Shown piece by piece: positions 17,199 to 26,072 of a stretch of 44,619 nt of DNA (its first letter is position 1; each line of letters begins with the position of its first letter). The translations under genes and the position numbers were made by a program. The DNA is from a virus. Taxonomy: Duplodnaviria > Caudoviricetes. Where the stretch lies: the IMG/VR virus record IMGVR_UViG_3300020045_009036, positions 1-44,619 of that record, one strand, 5' to 3'. The notes below the pieces were generated by a model, which saw nothing but the letters and a program-made list of their open reading frames with translations, did not search any database and was not told where the DNA came from.

Positions 17199-19344
17199 CA
17201 ATATCACCTCTGCACTCGATGGCAAAATTAAAATCAGGGTCAGTCGCTGTGCCTTGTGAAATTGTTTGAACGCACCAAAATGGAGCTGACGCGCTGTAAG
17301 TGTTGAAGCGAATCACGTTACCCGCTGACCAGCCACCACCGAAACCATTAGCCGCAATCGTAAAATAGGGCTGTGCCGTATGCGGATTGATAGGCGCAAG
17401 GTTAATCGAAACACTTTGATTCGTTGCAATCGCACCTAAGTGTTCGCCAATTACGTCAAACGTGGTGGCGGTTTTGAACAGTAAAATCCAACGGTCGGTC
17501 GGTGTATCGTGATTTGATACCACAATCGGATAGTCGATTTGGTTGAATTGCGCGGTCGTGCTTGACCCAATAAGCGTATCACTCCAAACATTTGTCCAAG
17601 TCTGCTGGTCAAAAGGTGTGCTTGCGGTGGCTTGTAAATCACCGTGATACATACAGTTTGAAACAACCGTATTTAGAATGGGAAAATCATGCGTGACAGG
17701 TTTGTAAAGCGACAGGACGTTATCCACAACAGACTGAACCAAGCCAAAATCTTCAATTCTGTCGATGATAGTTAGCGGCTGTGATAAACCTGAAACGCTT
17801 GTAAATGTAATTGTGCCAGCGGTTAAATCAGTCGTAAATTTTGATTCATCAATCAGATTTTTAGCCGCATCACGAACTGATATTTTGGCTAAATGGGTGC
17901 GTGTCAACGTGACGGTTTGCGCGGCGGAATATGTTCCGACGGTTTCTTTGTCGTTGATGATTGCCACGATGTCACCACTCAAAAACGCTTTGCGTGGCTG
18001 TTTGACGCGGTATGTGATTCGGATGTCTTTCCCTGCCGTCAAGGATTGCACTACTGACGATGTGGCAAGTACCAACGTACCTAGTTTTTCATCTTTTGAA
18101 TAATATGTTGGGCTGGTAAGAACCGACCAAACACCATCAAATTTATACTCAACCTTGATGCTGATTAAGTCGATTTCTGGCAATTGAATGGTTACGCCTG
18201 TTGCATATCTACCAATTATTTCTTTGTCGATGTAACCATCTTCTGCGAATTCCGCCGTGTTAATGCCTAAAATTGAATAGCTTAAAATGATGCCGTCAAC
18301 GGTTGGAATAACCACATTACTATTGCTTGCAACGGTGATTGATGCGGCATTATTTGAAATTGCAGAGGTGATTTTTTTAGCTGTGTATAACTGTTTTGAT
18401 GTAACTGTGCTGTATGTTGTATAGGCAGGGATTACGGTTGTGCTACCGTCTGCGCTAATCGCCCAAAAATGCGTGGAATCCATGCTCGAAAGCCACGTTG
18501 ATTTTGTTGCTGCGGTTGCGCCGCTGTATGTGTGCGTCAATGCGCTTGAAAGCGTCAGTGTGGCAAAGTATTTCTTTTTTGGTGACTTTACAATTGTTCC
18601 AGAACCAGTTTCGTTAATTAGGTAATCTGGGCTGTTTGATGCCGTTGAATAGCTTGTTGTATCAATATCTGGATCAACATAATTGGTAATTTGTACGTTC
18701 GTGACCGTGACAACTTCATTGTTTCCAGACGTAACATCTTTTAGATAAAATTTGTTTTTGAAAAAGTAGGTTAATCCATCAATCCCATAAACCGCCTCGT
18801 CGTAACATCCATCAAAACCAAATACTTTTAAGGTCGTTGCGCCCGCTGTTTGTGTCCCATCAAGAAACGCATCAAATGATGAATTTGTAAGGCTTAAATG
18901 ATATTCGGTCGGGAACAATGTACTCGCACTATCCAGATTGAACTTTTTAAAATCGGCAGATACAACCGTTGGCGGTGTGACGACAGTTGTTGAATCGTGC
19001 AAAGTGCTAACCGCTGATGTTTTGGTATCAATCACACGCGCATTAACTGTATCAAAATAACCTTGCGTTTTGACTAAATTGACGTTGATTTTTTCGTCGG
19101 GCGGCAATTTGCTAATGTAAGTTAATGCCGCAAACAGCTTGTCATTATTGGGTGACTTGCACGCCATAAACATTTTGCGTTGGTTCACTTTCCCATAAGC
19201 GCGGTCGGGTTCGCTCACATCGTCAAAAATGTTATTGCTTGCGCCGTCGATGATTGCGTTTGTCGTCATGCCACCGCCGCCATTTGCAGCGTTTGACATG
19301 ACTTCGGATTCGTAGATTTTTAAGTCATTGATTGTAATTGACAT
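17188..19344 (-). CDS. large tail structural protein
   Basis: MSITINDLKIYESEVM....GGG.M...NNIFDDVSE.DRAYG.V..RK N-terminus; GGGWSAGNVIRFNT...RGDID C-terminus. Confidence 0.75.
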   Translation of the reverse strand: MSITINDLKIYESEVMSNAANGGGGMTTNAIIDGASNNIFDDVSEPDRAYGKVNQRKMFMACKSPNNDKLFAALTYISKLPPDEKINVNLVKTQGYFDTVNARVIDTKTSAVSTLHDSTTVVTPPTVVSADFKKFNLDSASTLFPTEYHLSLTNSSFDAFLDGTQTAGATTLKVFGFDGCYDEAVYGIDGLTYFFKNKFYLKDVTSGNNEVVTVTNVQITNYVDPDIDTTSYSTASNSPDYLINETGSGTIVKSPKKKYFATLTLSSALTHTYSGATAATKSTWLSSMDSTHFWAISADGSTTVIPAYTTYSTVTSKQLYTAKKITSAISNNAASITVASNSNVVIPTVDGIILSYSILGINTAEFAEDGYIDKEIIGRYATGVTIQLPEIDLISIKVEYKFDGVWSVLTSPTYYSKDEKLGTLVLATSSVVQSLTAGKDIRITYRVKQPRKAFLSGDIVAIINDKETVGTYSAAQTVTLTRTHLAKISVRDAAKNLIDESKFTTDLTAGTITFTSVSGLSQPLTIIDRIEDFGLVQSVVDNVLSLYKPVTHDFPILNTVVSNCMYHGDLQATASTPFDQQTWTNVWSDTLIGSSTTAQFNQIDYPIVVSNHDTPTDRWILLFKTATTFDVIGEHLGAIATNQSVSINLAPINPHTAQPYFTIAANGFGGGWSAGNVIRFNTYSASAPFWCVQTISQGTATDPDFNFAIECRGDIDAA

Positions 19345-19358
19345 GGTTTTCCGTGTGT

Positions 19359-22300
19359 TTAGCTGCTTAAAGAGGCTTGTTTAATCATTTCAACGATACT
19401 TTTTGCATCGTTTTTGCTCGATTGCGCGGTGGCTTGTGTGCCGTTTGCGGCAATGAATCGGATGATGATTTCTTCTGTAATTGTGGGTTTTGATGGTTGT
19501 GTAGGTGTATCGCCTACACCGCCGCCTGTTGAAAACCCCTGCGGCTTTTCACCGTTGTTGATTTTGTCGAGCGTATTCACGCCGATTTTATCAACCGCAT
19601 CTGCTTTGATGACATATTCGCCATTGGATAGCATTGCGGGGATTTCGTCTGATGTGCCAGTGCCTTCGCCTTCGATATATCCGCCGTTGGCTTTGAAGAA
19701 TGGCTGAGTTTGCTTTGTGCTACCAACCTGTCTTGACTTGCGTTTATGAACATTTCCGCTGCTTATCGCTTCATTCAGTTCTGCGATTTTTGCCATGTTG
19801 TCGTTGTAATTTTGCAGTGACATCGGCACGTTGATAGTCGCAGCCTTTAATTTGTCGCGGTTAAATTCTTCAATGCTTATTTTTCCGTTTTCATACTCGA
19901 CCGCATCCCAGGCAAGGGTGATGTTCTTTGTAGATTCCGTTATATCAACAGGGTTCGAGCGTCCTTTTACAACTCTGTCTGTAAAGTCCCAAATTTCGCG
20001 AATAAAATCGGATTCATTTCTCGATGTACGCCCACCACGACTGCTGTTAATTTCTTTTTTTAAGTCAATTGAGTTTTTTTGATACGTTGTTAGAAATTTG
20101 TTTAAATTATCTGTAGCCGCTGTTGCATCTTGATTTAAGCGGCTAGTGTCATCGCGCAATTCGCGCATAAAAATAGCGTTTAAATTGTCGGATTTTGCAG
20201 ACTGTATTTGATAGCCATCATCAGCATTACTAACTCTGGATTGTGAAATATATCGCGCATCGCCAGTAATAACATTGCCACCCGTCGCGAATTTCGGCAC
20301 ATTATCAATCTGCCCCGCGTTCAGTTTCGCCATGAAACCATCGCCGTATTTAGCGACCGATTCTTTTTTGATAATCCATTCACCAGGTTCAAGCATGGCA
20401 GGAATAGTATCGCCGCCGCCATAACCACCCAAACCACCTTCGCGGCGTTGGAAGTTATAGTTAATGTCGGGCGAACCGCCTTTTGAGAAGTATTGGATTT
20501 GACCTCCCGCGCTGTTTTCTTGCACGCTTCTAACGTGAACGGTTGTGTACACGTCGCGGGGGATTTGCCCCAATGCGTTTAAAACGTCTTGCGTACCTTC
20601 TTCATTTACTTTGGCGGTGGTTTTGGTTTCAGCGGGGATTTCAGCAATTTTAGCCTTTACATTTTCAACGTCTGTATTAGCCGTTGTGGTATTTGCTGTG
20701 ATTTTGGATTCTTTGTCTGGAATTGCATCAACTGATTTTGACAGTTCACCAGTTTTTGTAACGGCTATTTCAGTGTTTTCGGCTAGTTTTTGATGTGAAT
20801 ATGTAACCCTACCAAGCGCATCAATGGATTTATATATTCTGTCAGTTTGTGTTGCAGTTGCAGTTGAATTGCTATCAATGCTTTTTGTGGTGGCATTGAC
20901 TTCTTTTGGCATATCTTTAAACCACTGATATGTTTTATCATTCCCTTTTGATTGATTCGTTTGAACATAGCTCGCATTTCCTAACGCATCGGTGTATCTG
21001 CGCCATGTGTATAAGCTATTATCAATGTTATTTTTTACGTCATTTGTTTTTAGTGACGTGTATTCCATTCCTTTTGCAACTTCGCCCGTGGTGTAATTTA
21101 CATGGTCTGACTGGTCAATATATCTTTTCCATGTCTTTTCGGATTCGGTGGTAGCCTTATTTAAACTATCCTGCGCTGATGTTGCTTGCCCCGTTTTCCC
21201 GATTAGTGATTCTGCTGCATCGCGTGCCATTTTTTGAGCTTCTGCCAAACTAAGCATTGATCCAGCGGTTTTATTACTGGCATTTTCAGACCCATTAAAT
21301 GCAGTGGTAACGGTATCGGAAACCTTCCAAATATCATCAAATGATTTTGTGGTTTTTCCTGTTCTTTCAGCCAAATCAACAAAAGCCTTACTTGTTTTTT
21401 CTGCCGATTTTGTAGCTTCGTCAAGTTGTACGCCTGCTTCTTTTTTTAAGTCATCCGCAAATCCCAAAAGCAGGTCGCCTGATGTTTTTAGCTTTTCGCC
21501 TAGCGTTTTGAATCCGTCGCCAACTTTTGAAAGACCTGGTATTTTTTCTAAAAATTCGCTAATTCCAACTGATGTTTCACCAATTGCCTTTCTAATTGCG
21601 CCAAAACTTCCAACAAATCCCGATTCTAAAATCGCGGCGACGGATTGAATGGTATTGAATCCAGTTTTTAAATCGCCAAATACTAATGAAAATACATTAC
21701 CCATATCTTTGGCGTTTGAACCAATCAACTCAAACGTCTGCGAAACTCTATCAGCAAATAATTTTGTTTCTTGTCCAGCTTTTGTGAAGTTAATTTTACT
21801 TAAAAATTCCTCAACTGCCTTTGTGCCAGATTCAAAAGACCTAGCTAATGAGTCTCCAATAGCCTTTGCGACACCGCTGTTTTTAAAAAGGTTAAACTTC
21901 TCTGATAATTTGTCGAATGATTCTATGAGTGGCTTTAAAATCGGCGCACCAATAGCCTCTTTTAAATTGTCGAATGTAGCTGATAATTTTCCCTGTGCGC
22001 CTTTGAAGTTTTCCGCCATTGTCGTGGCGGTATCACCCGCCGCATCGCCAGCACCTCGAATCTTATCAGCAAATCCACCAATCGCAGTGCCGCCAATATC
22101 GACCAAACCTTTAATTGCTGTGGCTGCTTCCGTGCCAAATGCACGCATAGCCTCTTTTGAGTTATCACCGCGTGATTTTAACTCAGTCATCACAGTGGCT
22201 AAATCACGCGACGAAATACCCAGTTTATCTAATTCTTTTGATGCTTTCGATGCTGGGTCGTCTAATTGTAATAAGATACTTCTTAATGCTGTACCAGCCT

Positions 22301-22925
22301 CACCTCCCTTTACGCCTTTTGATGCAAGCGCATCCATCACACCAGCAAGTTCTTCGAGTGATAATTTCGAGCCGCTTGCGATTGATGCTGAGTATTTAAA
22401 CGCCTCGCCTAAATCTTTTGCAGATACAGTTGAAAGGTTGGCAGCCTTAACAAATGTCCCTGCAATCCGCGCGGTATCATCAAAACTCAATCCCATTGTA
22501 GAAACGGTATTGCTGACAATCGTGGCGGATTCCTCCATGCTCATGTTTTCGGCTTTCGCCAATTTCATAACATTCGGCAATGCAGAAATAGCCTCACTGG
22601 ACTTTAAACCCGCTGCCGCCAATACTTCTAAACCTTCGGCGGCTTTTGTGCCACTCACGCCAAACGTCGCGCCTATATCTTGTGCAGATACGCGCATTTT
22701 ATCCATTTCTGTGGCGGTATAACCACCTTTTGCCGCTACTTTATCAAGTGCCAATTCAAAATCGGCGGCACTATCTACAGCACCTTTGAAGAAATCAACT
22801 GCAAAATAAGCAACTAAAGCCGATGCTAATCTACCTGCATTGTCTTGAATTGTTCTAAATGCACTCGACGCATTATCTTGAGCATTGATAATAATTCGTG
22901 CGACTAAATTTTGATTGCTTGCCAT
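19359..22925 (-). CDS. tape measure protein
   Basis: 1188 aa, Ala/Gly-rich TP901-like core (GVKGGEAGTALRS); FxxGG and IPAML.GE motifs at the C-terminus. Confidence 0.92.
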   Translation of the reverse strand: MASNQNLVARIIINAQDNASSAFRTIQDNAGRLASALVAYFAVDFFKGAVDSAADFELALDKVAAKGGYTATEMDKMRVSAQDIGATFGVSGTKAAEGLEVLAAAGLKSSEAISALPNVMKLAKAENMSMEESATIVSNTVSTMGLSFDDTARIAGTFVKAANLSTVSAKDLGEAFKYSASIASGSKLSLEELAGVMDALASKGVKGGEAGTALRSILLQLDDPASKASKELDKLGISSRDLATVMTELKSRGDNSKEAMRAFGTEAATAIKGLVDIGGTAIGGFADKIRGAGDAAGDTATTMAENFKGAQGKLSATFDNLKEAIGAPILKPLIESFDKLSEKFNLFKNSGVAKAIGDSLARSFESGTKAVEEFLSKINFTKAGQETKLFADRVSQTFELIGSNAKDMGNVFSLVFGDLKTGFNTIQSVAAILESGFVGSFGAIRKAIGETSVGISEFLEKIPGLSKVGDGFKTLGEKLKTSGDLLLGFADDLKKEAGVQLDEATKSAEKTSKAFVDLAERTGKTTKSFDDIWKVSDTVTTAFNGSENASNKTAGSMLSLAEAQKMARDAAESLIGKTGQATSAQDSLNKATTESEKTWKRYIDQSDHVNYTTGEVAKGMEYTSLKTNDVKNNIDNSLYTWRRYTDALGNASYVQTNQSKGNDKTYQWFKDMPKEVNATTKSIDSNSTATATQTDRIYKSIDALGRVTYSHQKLAENTEIAVTKTGELSKSVDAIPDKESKITANTTTANTDVENVKAKIAEIPAETKTTAKVNEEGTQDVLNALGQIPRDVYTTVHVRSVQENSAGGQIQYFSKGGSPDINYNFQRREGGLGGYGGGDTIPAMLEPGEWIIKKESVAKYGDGFMAKLNAGQIDNVPKFATGGNVITGDARYISQSRVSNADDGYQIQSAKSDNLNAIFMRELRDDTSRLNQDATAATDNLNKFLTTYQKNSIDLKKEINSSRGGRTSRNESDFIREIWDFTDRVVKGRSNPVDITESTKNITLAWDAVEYENGKISIEEFNRDKLKAATINVPMSLQNYNDNMAKIAELNEAISSGNVHKRKSRQVGSTKQTQPFFKANGGYIEGEGTGTSDEIPAMLSNGEYVIKADAVDKIGVNTLDKINNGEKPQGFSTGGGVGDTPTQPSKPTITEEIIIRFIAANGTQATAQSSKNDAKSIVEMIKQASLSS

Positions 22926-22927
22926 GA

Positions 22928-23302
22928 TTAAACCGCCAACAAGTTAATTTTTAAAGTGTAAAAATCCGCATCAATTGGATCGGAATAATCAATCCAAGGC
23001 TTTGCTTCGATAGGTGTTTTGGAATGGTCAAAAATGACATTAAAAACGCGCCCGTCATTAAGCGTGAGAACTGCAGGAGAGTTAGCAGTTAGCTTTGCAC
23101 TTAGTGACGTTAAAGTAGCGCGAGTGATTACGCCGTAATCATTACCGCCCGACAGCGTAATGGGTCGCCCCGCTTGTTTTGTGCCTGTTTCGATAATCAA
23201 CGCCCCCGTAATGCTTCGGGTTTGGGTTTGTTGGACAGGTGTCCAATCGAATTCATCAATCCAAATCAAATCTGTTGGAAGCGTTAAATTATCGAATTGC
23301 AT
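22928..23302 (-). CDS. distal-tail-like protein
   Basis: LPTDLIWIDEFDWTPVQQ...SITGALII..G...GRPITL. Confidence 0.65.
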   Translation of the reverse strand: MQFDNLTLPTDLIWIDEFDWTPVQQTQTRSITGALIIETGTKQAGRPITLSGGNDYGVITRATLTSLSAKLTANSPAVLTLNDGRVFNVIFDHSKTPIEAKPWIDYSDPIDADFYTLKINLLAV

Positions 23303-23306
23303 AGCG

Positions 23307-24059
23307 TTACGCGAAGTTGGTTAAAATTTCAACGGGTTCAGGACGACCTTCTGGGACAAGCATTCGACCTTTCAATTTAATGTCGATAGTCTTATCAGAC
23401 AGCCAATCAATAGAGGAATCTGAGGTTAAAACGGCATCCCAGACTTTGATTTCAATCGGGCTGTCGCCATCAAACACGTTTTGCCCTTTCATGTGAATGA
23501 TGCCGCGAATCGATGATTGTGTACCGACTTTAATCGCATCCGCTGTCACGGCGGAATAGGTGTAAGAAACCTTTAACGATTGCCCGTCTGTGATAGCACC
23601 TGCTGGCAAAATGTAGATTTGCCCTGCGGCATAATCAATTGTGTAATCGGTGTCTTTGACATACGTTGTTGAACCTGCGCTGTTTTTTACAGTGAAAGCC
23701 ACCGCTGACAGATTTCGGAAAACTAGATTTACCCAGCCACCTTTAATTGCTGTCGCTACTTCATCCGCTACACTACCCGATGCTTGCGTGAAAGATTCAA
23801 CCGTCCCTTGCAATCCCATCGCCAACGCTTTTGGCGAGCATTTGTTAAACGACAACGTTAAATCTGCAGGTTCTGGCAAAATAGCTGATGCGCGGGGCAT
23901 TCCGTAATTTGCCCGCCCTTTTGAAATGACATCGAGCTGTTTGGAATTGAGTTTCATGCTCAATTCACCCGCGTTCAAATCTACAAAACCTTGATACGTT
24001 GAACCGATTAAGCGATTAAAAAGCACGTCGCCTTTTAATAAAATACCTTCAGATGCCAT
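23307..24059 (-). CDS. major tail tube protein
   Basis: Position after the neck genes; Ig-like insertion (TYVKDTDYTIDYAAGQIYIL). Confidence 0.75.
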   Translation of the reverse strand: MASEGILLKGDVLFNRLIGSTYQGFVDLNAGELSMKLNSKQLDVISKGRANYGMPRASAILPEPADLTLSFNKCSPKALAMGLQGTVESFTQASGSVADEVATAIKGGWVNLVFRNLSAVAFTVKNSAGSTTYVKDTDYTIDYAAGQIYILPAGAITDGQSLKVSYTYSAVTADAIKVGTQSSIRGIIHMKGQNVFDGDSPIEIKVWDAVLTSDSSIDWLSDKTIDIKLKGRMLVPEGRPEPVEILTNFA

Positions 24060-24093
24060 GTGTGTTACTCCAATTAAGTAAAGACTGAATCGA

Positions 24094-24522
24094 CTAAATG
24101 CCGACTATTTTTTTCACTTTAAAACTCATCACGAATTCTGCGAAAGTGGGCGCGTAATTCGCGTTTTCAGGTCGTCCGTTGTAAGTCATTGGACGCACAA
24201 AGCCTTTGCCTAAATCGAAATTCGATAAGGCTTTAATCACGTTAGTCATCAAACGACTTGCCAATGTTTCTGTTCCGCTATCACCTGTTTGATGCGAAAC
24301 CATAATGACAACATCCCAAAATTGTTCTTCGACAGCGATGTTGCCGCGCATTTCGTGACTATCGATAACGCTTTTTCCTGGCGCAATAATGCACGCGGGT
24401 AAAATCCCCGCGAAACTGGTTAATCCTGAAATGGCTGACGGATTAGCCACCGTTACAAAATCAGTGGTTTGCGTTTTAATACGATCAATTAAAAGTTGTT
24501 GTGCTGAAAATAATGCACTCAT
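24094..24522 (-). CDS. tail terminator-like protein
   Basis: Synteny; PACIIAP...EQFWDVVI motif. Confidence 0.65.
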   Translation of the reverse strand: MSALFSAQQLLIDRIKTQTTDFVTVANPSAISGLTSFAGILPACIIAPGKSVIDSHEMRGNIAVEEQFWDVVIMVSHQTGDSGTETLASRLMTNVIKALSNFDLGKGFVRPMTYNGRPENANYAPTFAEFVMSFKVKKIVGI

Positions 24523-25040
24523 GCGGCGGATTCTCTTTTTTCAATGTAAGCGTTTAGTTTTTTGTTGAATCGGGAGAGGAGTTCTTGCTGTGCTTCTTGT
24601 GCAACCGTCGCTGTCATGCTTTCTGCTGATGGTAACTTGGCGGTTTGCGCTTGAATGGGCAGACGTGATTTTCCTTTTCGAGCAAAAATGGATGTATTCC
24701 CATTTCGCATTCGTGCAATAAATCCGCCTTGAAAAAAATACGAACCTGCTGTTGCGCCTGTTCCTGTTTCTTCCATTTTGCCGAGATATTTCGCTTGAAT
24801 CGGATTAAATCCAAAAAACACCGAGCCAAATTCATCGCTGGCACGGCTTTTCACGCGATACACTTTGAAGGCTTTCAAAGGGATTTGTGTTGCATCCGCC
24901 ATGCGTTTTTCGAGTTCTTTTTTTGCCCATGTTGTCGTGGTGCGAATCGCAGAACGTTGTGCATTGAAAATCTCACGCGGCATTGCACGGGCAAAATTCT
25001 CTACTTCCGTGATGTCTAAATTTGCGCTGAAATCGGTCAT
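24519..25040 (-). CDS. minor tail/neck protein (lambda gpZ-like)
   Basis: Basic protein; GFIARMRNG..SIFARKGKSRLPI. Confidence 0.65.
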   Translation of the reverse strand: MTDFSANLDITEVENFARAMPREIFNAQRSAIRTTTTWAKKELEKRMADATQIPLKAFKVYRVKSRASDEFGSVFFGFNPIQAKYLGKMEETGTGATAGSYFFQGGFIARMRNGNTSIFARKGKSRLPIQAQTAKLPSAESMTATVAQEAQQELLSRFNKKLNAYIEKRESAA

Positions 25041-25336
25041 TACGTTCTACTCGCGCGAATCACAGCCAAACCATTCATGTCGTTACCGATTTCAATAATG
25101 GAATAGGTCAACCCGCGCACAACAATTTCTTGATAGCGTTCAACGCTCTTATTTTTTAAACTCGTTTCGTCTATATAAATAAGGAGTGATTGATGGTTGA
25201 TTTGGACTTGTTGCAAATGTTCGATATTCGTATCGGGTTCAACGATTGCTTTTAATTTCAGCACGCGCGAGGGTGTCGTGATTTTGATTTCTTCACCAAA
25301 CGTGTTGAGTTGAATGGCATTAAAGCCTCTCATCAC
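25040..25336 (-). CDS. head-tail joining (head closure) protein
   Basis: FGE.I...IVVRG.TY.I....DMNG..VI; synteny. Confidence 0.65.
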   Translation of the reverse strand: MMRGFNAIQLNTFGEEIKITTPSRVLKLKAIVEPDTNIEHLQQVQINHQSLLIYIDETSLKNKSVERYQEIVVRGLTYSIIEIGNDMNGLAVIRASRT

Positions 25337-25509
25337 TAAACCGCCAACTCAGCCAATGCTTCAACAGGTTCAACTGTCCCCAGAACTGCCACGCCGTTAA
25401 TTTCGGTTAGATAATGCTCGACGGTCAAGGCTTCTACCTGTTCAGGCGTGAAGTCGATATAAACGTAGTTAGCATTGGGTAAAACATTCTTAATTTCGCT
25501 GTATTTCAT
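25336..25509 (-). CDS. 57-aa hypothetical protein
   Basis: Likely start MKYSEIKN with GGAG RBS, not the upstream start inside the repeat. Confidence 0.55.
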   Translation of the reverse strand: MKYSEIKNVLPNANYVYIDFTPEQVEALTVEHYLTEINGVAVLGTVEPVEALAELAV

Positions 25510-25511
25510 GA

Positions 25512-26072
25512 TTAACTCCAAAATTGAATAAGTTGTGATTGGGTTGTTGTGGTTAGTGAGTTGCCGAAGAAGTGCGAGGATGTACCAGTAACAGGCACAC
25601 TGGTTTTCCAATTGTAAAAACCTAATGTCAGTTTTGGGACAAAGTTATCCCCTGGGATGACGATGCCCTGTCCTGTCGTAGGGGTTTTCAAAGAACTTCC
25701 CACTACAGGCACACTGGTTTTCCAATTGTAAAAACCTAATGTCAGTTTTGGGACAAAGTTATCCCCTGGGATGACGATGCCCTGTCCTGTCGTAGGGGTT
25801 TTCAAAGAACTTCCCACTGCAGGCACACTGGTTTTCCAATTGTAAAAACCTAATGTCAGTTTTGGGACAAAGTTATCCCCTGGGATAACGATGCCCTGTC
25901 CTGTCGTAGGGGTTTTCAAAGAACTTCCCACTGCAGGCACACTGGTTTTCCAATTGTAAAAACCTAATGTCAGTTTTGGGACAAAGTTATCCCCTGGGAT
26001 GACGATGCCCTGTCCTGTCGTAGGGGTAGCAGGACTTGCATAAACTGTTGAGAGTAAAACAGGCGTAATCAT
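25512..26072 (-). CDS. protein made of about four tandem 38-aa repeats
   Basis: TPTTGQGIVIPGDNFVPKLTLGFYNWKTSVP(A/V)VGSSLK x3.8. Confidence 0.7.
   Translation of the reverse strand: MITPVLLSTVYASPATPTTGQGIVIPGDNFVPKLTLGFYNWKTSVPAVGSSLKTPTTGQGIVIPGDNFVPKLTLGFYNWKTSVPAVGSSLKTPTTGQGIVIPGDNFVPKLTLGFYNWKTSVPVVGSSLKTPTTGQGIVIPGDNFVPKLTLGFYNWKTSVPVTGTSSHFFGNSLTTTTQSQLIQFWS
25591..26027. repeat. 114-bp tandem direct repeat, about 3.8 copies
   Basis: Units start at 25591, 25705, 25819 and 25933; only two variable positions seen. Confidence 0.95.

Noticed and set aside
21649-22722. 357-aa plus-strand ORF and other antisense ORFs over structural genes
   Set aside because: Shadow frames of the tape measure, capsid and tail genes; no RBS or recognisable motifs.
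22967-22982. Degenerate match to the 16-bp palindrome (CGCATCAATTGGATCG); a similar one at 40225-40240
   Set aside because: Only 12 of 16 positions match, which is plausible by chance; not counted as sites.
25591-26027. Possible CRISPR array or DGR template/variable repeat
   Set aside because: Units are contiguous with no unique spacers and stay in frame; there is no adenine-specific variation pattern and no cas or reverse transcriptase gene.
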